Source: an uncultured Desulfurococcaceae archaeon (lineage in GTDB: Archaea; Thermoproteota; Thermoprotei_A; Sulfolobales; NBVN01). Taken from it: 64,000 nt of DNA. The stretch lies in the NCBI GenBank assembly GCA_964627805.1, contig CAZVLA010000023.1, positions 1,993 to 65,992 on the forward strand. The letters run 5' to 3'. Numbering within the stretch: the first letter of the stretch is position 1; every line of letters begins with the position of its first letter. Under the pieces are notes generated by a model. That model was not told the origin of the DNA. It saw only the letters and a list, made by a program, of their open reading frames with translations, and did not search any database. A program made the translations under genes and the position numbers. Shown in pieces: positions 56,776-64,000 of this stretch.

Positions 56776-58611
56776 TTAGGACCTCATGTTGTAGTCAGGT
56801 GTTGTGAAGTTCTGTACTACGTACGGGAATACTGCTTTATCTAGGATATGGCCTGCCGTATCCTTAGCTACGTATACAGCATTTGTTGAGTTGAAGGTAA
56901 CTACTACGTACATTGGCCTAGCGTATGCTGAGGCCATGAACGGTCTTATAGCGCATGCACCACCCTTGACGTACGGGTCTGTTGGTGCTCCCCAAGTACC
57001 TACTACTACGTATGTCGTACCCTCGTTACTGCTGTGCTCTAGCTCGTACACGTACTTATAACCGACCTTAGTCCACGGCTTATTAACGGGTACTTCCTCG
57101 ATCTTAACCGTCCTTATCGGCCATGACCTCATGTAGTTATGTACGTGTCCATTAAAGACGAAGTCCGTATGGTACTTCTCAATTATTGGTGCCCAGTACT
57201 TAAGCAGTACCTCGCTCGGGTATCCAGTACCGCTTGTGTAGCAGTCGTAGTATGGTACGTGGAAGGCAACCACCTTCCACCTAGCGTGAGTAGTTGCTAA
57301 GGTACTGTTTAGGAAGCTAAGCTCCTCAGTAGCTTCCTTAACCATCGGGCCCCACCAAGTACCTACGCACCCACCCGTAGTTGCTAGAGCTACTAAGTGC
57401 ACGTTCGGGAAGTCTAGAGCGAACCACAACTCATTGCTTGGGTTAGCGAATAGCCCCTTGAACCACTCGTAAGTCGACTCTACGTTAGGCCATGCACCCA
57501 TCTCGTGATTACCTATAACGGCTATTATGGGTATTACCCTACCATCCGAGGTTATTAAGTTATTAGTTACGTCCTCAAACCACTGAACCCACTCACTCCA
57601 GTCATTACCCTTCTCAACCATGTCGCCAACGAATACTACGGCGTCCGGATCCTCCTTAGCTACTGCCTTACTAACCCATATCCTAGAGTATGGGAAGTTC
57701 GATATGGTTGTCGGGTGGTACTTAATCTCCTCACCAGGTGCTACATCACCCCAAGGCCTCCTACTATCACCCGCGAATACTATCTTGACTGGCTGGTTAG
57801 GGCTTAAGGTCCTGAACTTAAGCTCCCTAGACCAGCCGCCAGGGCCTCCTACTCTGAAGTAGTACGTAGTGCCTGGCTGTAGGTTCTTTAGGGTTACTTC
57901 ATGCCAGTAACCTGGGAAGCACTTACCGTAGGCGCATACCCTATGAACGGTAGCTGTTGCCTTATACCTGTAGTCACTTACGCTATCACGATGTACTGTA
58001 TCATAGACTACGGTGTTACCGCTTACGTCGTAGCGTGTCCACCACATAATAGTTATCGTGTGGTAAACATCATTAACTGCCCAGCTTAAGTGAATGAACT
58101 TGGGCGGGTCATCAAGGACTACCGACCTAGCTATATTAACGGTTACGTCGTAACTACCTGCAGGTATGTCAGCACAAGCCTTAACCTCTAGAGTAACCGT
58201 TACTGACTCGCCGGGCTGTATTACGAAGTGAGCTACGCCATCATCAAGTAAGTCCCAAGTCCTATCCTCGCCATTAACTGTTAGCGTAAGTACGTCGAAG
58301 CCCCTACCATCACTTAACTTATCCCAGCTCCAAGGCAGTATAACGCTTACGTTCATTAGGTAATTCTTATCGCCGTTGTTAGTTACTATGAACTTCATAG
58401 TACCTTCGCTACCGGGGGTCATGGTGGTCGGTAATCCCTGAACCTTATAGACCCTTATAGGCTCCTCAACAGTTACTCTAGACCTAATAACTATTCCGTA
58501 GTTTATGAGGACCGCGTAGGTTATTAATGAGCTAGCTACTAACGCTAGTATTAAGGTTATTACTAATGTATTACCGAAAACCTTCGATAATCTCATGTAG
58601 AACACCGTCAA
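56776..58611 (-). CDS. Secreted purple-acid-phosphatase-like metallophosphoesterase with Ig/FN3-like domains
   Basis: Signal/TM; FN3 (HEVTLKNLQPGTTYYFRVG); AGDSR, VGDMV, IGNHE, AFHVP, FNGHVHNY. Confidence 0.88.
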   Translation of the reverse strand: MTVFYMRLSKVFGNTLVITLILALVASSLITYAVLINYGIVIRSRVTVEEPIRVYKVQGLPTTMTPGSEGTMKFIVTNNGDKNYLMNVSVILPWSWDKLSDGRGFDVLTLTVNGEDRTWDLLDDGVAHFVIQPGESVTVTLEVKACADIPAGSYDVTVNIARSVVLDDPPKFIHLSWAVNDVYHTITIMWWTRYDVSGNTVVYDTVHRDSVSDYRYKATATVHRVCAYGKCFPGYWHEVTLKNLQPGTTYYFRVGGPGGWSRELKFRTLSPNQPVKIVFAGDSRRPWGDVAPGEEIKYHPTTISNFPYSRIWVSKAVAKEDPDAVVFVGDMVEKGNDWSEWVQWFEDVTNNLITSDGRVIPIIAVIGNHEMGAWPNVESTYEWFKGLFANPSNELWFALDFPNVHLVALATTGGCVGTWWGPMVKEATEELSFLNSTLATTHARWKVVAFHVPYYDCYTSGTGYPSEVLLKYWAPIIEKYHTDFVFNGHVHNYMRSWPIRTVKIEEVPVNKPWTKVGYKYVYELEHSSNEGTTYVVVGTWGAPTDPYVKGGACAIRPFMASAYARPMYVVVTFNSTNAVYVAKDTAGHILDKAVFPYVVQNFTTPDYNMRS

Positions 58612-58800
58612 GTAGTAGTACGTAACCCATAGTGATAAATTTTTCTTTAACTACTTAAATTACGTAAACTTCAGGTCATTAAATAATCCACTAAAAACAT
58701 CTGTATTACGTAACGTATTAGTAAACTGATTATTAATACTGACTATGCTTATAACTACGGCATTAATGAACAGTCTTAATTACTGATCAATAGTTAGGTT

Positions 58801-58830
58801 AAGTACTTATGAATTACTTCATAGGTACTT
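58801..58830. repeat. 13-bp inverted repeat AAGTACTTATGAA-TTAC-TTCATAGGTACTT (one T:G mismatch)
   Basis: Read directly in the divergent phosphatase/EamA intergenic region. Confidence 0.65.
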
Positions 58831-58981
58831 CACGTAACGTAACAAGTTACTGTAGCTACGTAAAATAGCGAATTTAGTGTAGGGATTACTTAATTACTCA
58901 ATATCTTAAGGTTAATTAAGTGAGTTTAGGTTAATTATTTTATTTATGCCTAACAACTACTCTTGAGTTAGGTAAATATTC

Positions 58982-59878
58982 ATGAAGTTAATTAGTGTTG
59001 AAGTATTCGTGATATCACTCACGATTCTAGTAAGTATTTCATTTGCTTCAATATTCGTACTACTAGCTAATGCTCCAGCACCAGTATGTGCTTTCTGGAG
59101 GTTACTGATATCTACATCAATACTAGCTACTGCATTAGCCGTTAAGGGCGGTTTAGGTGGTGTCGCTAACGTACTGAGGAACCCTAAGTACCTAGTACTT
59201 ACGATAGCCTCAGGTACTGCATTAGCTACTCACTTCCTCCTATGGATGGAGTCGCTATTCTATGTCTCAGTAGCTGTTAGCGTAACGATAGTTGTTTCAT
59301 ACCCTCTATTTAATCTACTGATTGATTACTTACTACTTAAGGAGAGATTGAGGATCACTCAAGTAGTTGCGTTACTCACGGGCTTCACGGCCATAGCCCT
59401 CTTCATGAGTCCTAGAGTATCCGGTGTTAGGAGTATTTACGGGGTAGTACTAGCACTTACGGGTGCCTTAGCTGCTTCAGCATACTTCAGTATTGGTAGG
59501 GTATTGAGGAGGTTTGAGGGGACTCTAGAGTATGCAGTAACGGTTTACGGAGTAGCTACTGCGGTACTCCTAACCTATAACTTAGTAACTTCTACAGACT
59601 TCATACACTACGGTATTAAATCCTACATGTACTTCGTACTACTAGCTGTAGTACCCATGATTGGTGGTCACACACTCATGAATTACTTACTTAAGTACAT
59701 GAAGTCAAGTACGGTCACCTCAATAGCCCTAGGTGAGCCAGTAGGTGCTAGTATACTAGCTTACTTAATACTTAATCAGTACGTAACACCTACTCAAGCA
59801 CTCCTAATGACCGTAGTAATTACCTCAATACTCATCATAGTTAGGGAGGAGGTTAGGAGCGGCTCTAACCTACCTTAG
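58982..59878 (+). CDS. DMT/EamA-family transporter
   Basis: 10 TM helices; AFWRLL, HFLLWMESL, GGHTLMNYLLKY, LGEPVGA. Confidence 0.9.
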   Translation: MKLISVEVFVISLTILVSISFASIFVLLANAPAPVCAFWRLLISTSILATALAVKGGLGGVANVLRNPKYLVLTIASGTALATHFLLWMESLFYVSVAVSVTIVVSYPLFNLLIDYLLLKERLRITQVVALLTGFTAIALFMSPRVSGVRSIYGVVLALTGALAASAYFSIGRVLRRFEGTLEYAVTVYGVATAVLLTYNLVTSTDFIHYGIKSYMYFVLLAVVPMIGGHTLMNYLLKYMKSSTVTSIALGEPVGASILAYLILNQYVTPTQALLMTVVITSILIIVREEVRSGSNLP

Positions 59879-61073
59879 CCTCAACCCTAGCCCTAACCTC
59901 ACTACTAACTACTGCCGTAGCTATGAATACCGTAGCTGACGCTACTATGAAGGGTATGTGGGGGTTAATTGATGCTAGGAAGCCAGCTACTGCAGGTCCT
60001 GCAATGCATAGTAACCTCCTAATACCTGATATAGCACCTAATACCTCACCCCTCCTCTCCTTAGGTATGTTAGCGAATAGCGTATCCATGAGGTAGGGAT
60101 CCATTAGTGCGTACCCGAGCGACTCAATAAGAGCTACTCCTAAAGCAATGAGGACTAACTCCGTAAACCCGAGTATTAAGTCGCCTATAGCTATTAGTGA
60201 CATACCCGTAATGACTAGTAAGTAACCCTTCCTAGGGCTTAATCTAAGCATGTAGAGTGAAGCTACGACGACGGGTAAGCTAGCTAATGCTTCGTAGAGG
60301 GCCATCGAGAGTAGGGGGTTCCTAGCTATATTCATGAATAGGTAAGTAAGGGCTATAGTCGGTGTTAACTCAGTACCTAACCCTAGGAGTAGTAAAGCTA
60401 AAACAACCCTAACTAACCCCCTAGGTACTCCCCTACCTAAGCCACCACCCCCACCAACACCTAACTTCCTCCTACCTATACTAGGTACTATAACTAACGC
60501 TAAAGCACCTAAAGCGAAGGAAGTTATTGAGAAGGCAATGACGGAGCTTATCTGATCCTTGAGGCTTAATGAAGATATGAGTAGACCAATAAGTGGGTAA
60601 GTAATTAATTGAGACGCGAACGGTATTAAGTTATGGATCATGAATGCCTTCTCACGCCTATCCTCCGGGTAGGCGTCGTACTCGTACACAGGATAAACTA
60701 CGTAGAGACCCCTAGCTAACCTCTCTATAACAGCAGCAGTAACTACTAAAGCAACTAACCTCATTAAGAACCCCTCATAGTAAATCATGTATGAAGTACC
60801 CTCAATGAAGCATATTAAGGCCATAACCTTAACAGGGTCTGCGTAGTCTAGGTACCTACCTATTAAGTAGTTAATACCTGCAGCACAAGCTGAGGCTAAA
60901 CTAATTATGGCCCCAGCTTCAGCAACACTAATACCTACCCTAAGCATTAGGTACGGTACGAGGATCCATATGAATAGTGGTGGAGTCGTTAGTGTCATGT
61001 AGATTATGTACCTACGTGCGGCCTTAGGGAGTGACTTCCACTCATTAATGAGTAGCTTAAGCAATGAAATCAC
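59865..61073 (-). CDS. MFS transporter
   Basis: 12 TM helices; GRYLD loop motif; IPKERRGEVLG; IAGPAVAG. Confidence 0.85.
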   Translation of the reverse strand: MISLLKLLINEWKSLPKAARRYIIYMTLTTPPLFIWILVPYLMLRVGISVAEAGAIISLASACAAGINYLIGRYLDYADPVKVMALICFIEGTSYMIYYEGFLMRLVALVVTAAVIERLARGLYVVYPVYEYDAYPEDRREKAFMIHNLIPFASQLITYPLIGLLISSLSLKDQISSVIAFSITSFALGALALVIVPSIGRRKLGVGGGGGLGRGVPRGLVRVVLALLLLGLGTELTPTIALTYLFMNIARNPLLSMALYEALASLPVVVASLYMLRLSPRKGYLLVITGMSLIAIGDLILGFTELVLIALGVALIESLGYALMDPYLMDTLFANIPKERRGEVLGAISGIRRLLCIAGPAVAGFLASINPHIPFIVASATVFIATAVVSSEVRARVEAKVG

Positions 61074-61097
61074 CTTAAGTAATTACTTAAGTAATTA
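61074..61097. repeat. Tandem (CTTAAGTAATTA)2 containing a perfect 18-bp palindrome (61074-61091)
   Basis: CTTAAGTAATTACTTAAG abuts the MFS start codon. Confidence 0.6.
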
Positions 61098-61176
61098 GTG
61101 AGTTACTAATGCATTAACTACCTTAATTCACTAAGGTCAAGCCTAAAGCACCTAAGGGACCTAATTACGTGTAGTT

Positions 61177-61181
61177 AAAAA
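61177..61181 (-). terminator. Candidate oligo-T terminator after herA
   Basis: TTTTT on the minus strand, 7 nt past the herA stop. Confidence 0.35.
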
Positions 61182-61187
61182 GCTTTA

Positions 61188-62762
61188 CTAACCATTAATT
61201 CCCAACTCATCATAGACGTTACTACCTGATGAGCTTAACTCCCTAAACACCCACTCCCTCCACTCCTTATGAGCCTCAATATCCTCACCAGCCTCCTTCT
61301 TAACCTTATCAACCTTAACTAGAGCTGGTATTGGGGTCATTAACCCGAGGACGACAGCCTCACCTACGTTTAGTGATGGGAGTAGTGCTAGGAGCTCATC
61401 AGATAGGGTCTCACTAGCTGCCTGTACGTACCTCTGGTCTTGAGGCTCTACTAACCTAAGTATTATCTTATTGTTCGTCTGTGATAGTGCGTCCTCATCA
61501 ACGTTCTTAGGTCTCTGACTAACTAGGCATAACCCTAACCCGAACTTCCTACCCTCCCTAGCAACCCTAGCAACTACCTCCTTAGTTAATGTACTTCTAT
61601 TCCTAGGTATTAGTACGTGAGCCTCCTCAATAACCGTTAAGACAGGTACTGGGTAACCCTTACCACACACCCTAAACCTCTTCCTACTCTCGAGGAGCCT
61701 CCTTAAGTAGTGGGAGGTTATTACGTCAGCTACCTCCTCACCCACACTACCTAACTTAATTACGTTAGCGTACCCAGGCTTAACGACTGCTTCTAAGTCT
61801 ATCGGTGCTTCAGGTGATAGTACGATGCCCCAGTACCTATCTCTTAAGTCGTAGAGCTTGAGTAGGAGGTCAATGACTGATGACTTATCCTTACCGCTTA
61901 TCTTAACCTCCTTAACCTCACCACCCCTAACCTCCCTGTACTTACCCGTGCTTAGGATCCTCTCAACCTCCTCAATGAGTAAGTCGAAGAACTTCTCTAA
62001 CTCCCTACCACATACGTGCTTAACGTATGAGTAAGCCCTCCTTAAGTAGAGCCTCTGCTTAGTAGCTCCTTCACCTAGGTTAAGTAGTCTGTAGTACTCA
62101 TGTATCGTTAAGTTAGCTGGGTTCACCTTAGGAGTTACTACCCTACACCTCCTAGCTACCCCACCATACTCTGAGTGCATGTCAATAAGTAATACAGTAC
62201 CACCTAACTCATCAACTATGCCCCTAACTAATACGGCTACAGTGTTACTCTTACCAGCACCTGTTATAGCTAGTATCGCTAAGTGCCTACTAACTACGGC
62301 ATTAACGTCTACGTAGAAAGGTACTTTAGGGTGGTTAGCTAGTACGCCTAACCTAATACAGCTACCACCCCTAGAACCGAAGATCCTCCTAAGTAAGTCA
62401 TCTGAAGCCCTAAACACCCTAGCCATAGGGTTAGGTGGGTACTTAGGTGACTCAACAATACCTTCATTAATTAATGAATCAACCCTCGATAGTAGCCTAG
62501 CCTGACCAACTACGTAGTGGTGCCTCTCAGCACCGAAGGACTCAGCATACTCGACTACCTCAGGTCTTAAGTACTTACCAGTAAGTAGTGGGTTACCTAT
62601 CCTTGAGGACTCAACAATACCTAATACGGCACCGCCGTCGGGGTACTCAATAACTACGTACTCCCCAACACTAGGTGGTTTAGTTGCTGTGAATACTACT
62701 GAAGTATGTGATGTCTCACCAATTACCCTACCAATAACCTCCAACTTACTTAAGTCAACCAC
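61188..62762 (-). CDS. herA: Bipolar DNA helicase/translocase HerA
   Basis: HAS-barrel N-terminus, HLAILAITGAGKSNT, LIDMHSEY, IEEAHVL, AREGRKFG, SQRP, QTNNKIILR; downstream of nurA. Confidence 0.92.
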   Translation of the reverse strand: MVDLSKLEVIGRVIGETSHTSVVFTATKPPSVGEYVVIEYPDGGAVLGIVESSRIGNPLLTGKYLRPEVVEYAESFGAERHHYVVGQARLLSRVDSLINEGIVESPKYPPNPMARVFRASDDLLRRIFGSRGGSCIRLGVLANHPKVPFYVDVNAVVSRHLAILAITGAGKSNTVAVLVRGIVDELGGTVLLIDMHSEYGGVARRCRVVTPKVNPANLTIHEYYRLLNLGEGATKQRLYLRRAYSYVKHVCGRELEKFFDLLIEEVERILSTGKYREVRGGEVKEVKISGKDKSSVIDLLLKLYDLRDRYWGIVLSPEAPIDLEAVVKPGYANVIKLGSVGEEVADVITSHYLRRLLESRKRFRVCGKGYPVPVLTVIEEAHVLIPRNRSTLTKEVVARVAREGRKFGLGLCLVSQRPKNVDEDALSQTNNKIILRLVEPQDQRYVQAASETLSDELLALLPSLNVGEAVVLGLMTPIPALVKVDKVKKEAGEDIEAHKEWREWVFRELSSSGSNVYDELGING

Positions 62763-63949
62763 TCCTCAAGCACCTCCCTACCCGTTGAGTAAGGTGTTAA
62801 TCCGTAAGCCCTAGCTACTTCAGTAAGTACTGACCTACTTACGTGACTCACCTCATGAGCCTCTAGTAGGGGGTATGGGTACCCCTTAGGTGATACTGCC
62901 TTGAGTAGGGGTATTAAGGACCTAACGTCATTCTCTATCTTAGAATCACTTACGGACTCACTAACGTAGGGTATCTCAACCTTAAGTACGGGACCCCCAT
63001 CCTCAAGCCTTACGTAGGTCTCAGCTACCCTAACCTTCATGTAGAACTCCTTAAGGTAGGAGATCTCGGGCATGTACTTAATGGGCCTAGGTTCTAACCT
63101 AGGTAATGCGTACCCAGCACTCCTAGTTAAGTACTGGAATAAGGTTATGTCGGCAGGTAAGTCAATACCTAACCTCCTACTTAAGTCACTGAAGTAGCTC
63201 TGAGACCTACTGCTCTTTGAGATGAAGACTACCTTAGAACCCTTAAGTATTAACGCATTAGCTAGTAACCTCCTCAAGGTCTCTAACTTCTCAATATACT
63301 CAATAAAGACTACCGCAGGGAATAACTCCTCACCAGCTAATACGTAATCCTTAAGTACCTCCCTACAAGCTAGTGGTGACTCCCTAAGTAATTCATAGTT
63401 ACTTAAGGTCCTAGAGAGTACCTCCCTCAACCTCTCAAAGACCTTATCACCAAATACGGTTAATGCCTTACGCATAGCAGTAGGTAAAGCCTCCTGAGCT
63501 AGGGGTGTAGGTGTTATCAGTAGTGACTTAAGGGAACCATCCATAAGTACTAAGTAAGTACCTGAGGTAATCGATAACGTACCTACCTTACCCTCCATAA
63601 CCTCCCTATACAGGTCAATCCTGCCCATTACCTTAGGTGGTGTGAGTATGTCAACATCAGCTAGTACGTACGTAGACCTAATTAAGTACTTACCATTACT
63701 GAATCCAGAGTAATTAGTAGATACCCCAGTAACTCCGTAGAGTGTGAAGCCTTGAAAATCAACCCTACCGCTACCACCATCAACACCAGCAACTGACGGT
63801 GGTTTAATGGGTTTAGGGTCGTAACTAACCCATGAATCCTTAACTAAGTCCTCAATACCTACGGACTTAAGTACTTCAATCCTCTTAAGTACCTCCCTAC
63901 GCTTCCTAACAGCTACTTCAAGGATTGCTTCAGATGCTGAATTAACCAA
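62750..63949 (-). CDS. nurA: 5'-3' DNA repair nuclease NurA
   Basis: AGVDGG, REVME, LMDGSL, FISKSS, GYPYPLLEAHE; coupled to herA. Confidence 0.9.
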   Translation of the reverse strand: MVNSASEAILEVAVRKRREVLKRIEVLKSVGIEDLVKDSWVSYDPKPIKPPSVAGVDGGSGRVDFQGFTLYGVTGVSTNYSGFSNGKYLIRSTYVLADVDILTPPKVMGRIDLYREVMEGKVGTLSITSGTYLVLMDGSLKSLLITPTPLAQEALPTAMRKALTVFGDKVFERLREVLSRTLSNYELLRESPLACREVLKDYVLAGEELFPAVVFIEYIEKLETLRRLLANALILKGSKVVFISKSSRSQSYFSDLSRRLGIDLPADITLFQYLTRSAGYALPRLEPRPIKYMPEISYLKEFYMKVRVAETYVRLEDGGPVLKVEIPYVSESVSDSKIENDVRSLIPLLKAVSPKGYPYPLLEAHEVSHVSRSVLTEVARAYGLTPYSTGREVLEEWLT

Positions 63950-64000
63950 TTACTACCTCCCAACGATGAAGCTCCTACGTAACACCCTAAAATAGGGTAC

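Noticed and set aside
1-64000. tRNA/rRNA genes, transposases, integrases, inteins, and Sec/Pyl recoding or frameshifts
   Set aside because: No T-loop GTTCRA cloverleaf, long GC-rich RNA block, transposase or intein motif, or interrupted conserved ORF was seen. Protein lengths match intact family members.

Overview
Archaeal chromosomal window, most likely from a hyperthermophilic crenarchaeote (Thermoproteota, Desulfurococcales-like). This is inferred from gene content (FOR, NurA/HerA/Mre11/Rad50, DUF973, C/D-box sRNAs), AGG/ATA/CTA-rich codon use and GAGGTG-type RBS motifs. It is densely coding, with about 55 CDSs. These cover housekeeping and metabolism (FOR, nadE, nadA-nadC-nadX, upp, cysS, hisD, 2-oxoacid:ferredoxin oxidoreductase), DSB repair, transporters and several secreted or membrane proteins. 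I found no tRNA, rRNA, CRISPR array, transposase or integrase. Features not in the ORF track: three well-formed box C/D sRNA candidates (29164-29214 +, 42668-42716 -, 56669-56717 +), one of which has guides complementary to a conserved LSU rRNA segment, plus weaker ncRNA candidates and several intergenic inverted repeats. The most unusual protein-level observations are: an operon of three tiny low-complexity (G/W/R/P/Y/Q-rich) proteins; a biotin-ligase homolog lacking its catalytic motifs; an orphan degenerate Csa3-like CARF-wHTH regulator divergent from a CstA-ArsA/GET3 operon; a nitrilase head-to-head with nadE; membrane-tethered wHTH regulators; a roadblock-like protein; an orphan hisD coupled to a sodium:solute symporter; and a split nurA-herA / mre11-rad50 locus. 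All family calls come from motif recognition; no database search was run.
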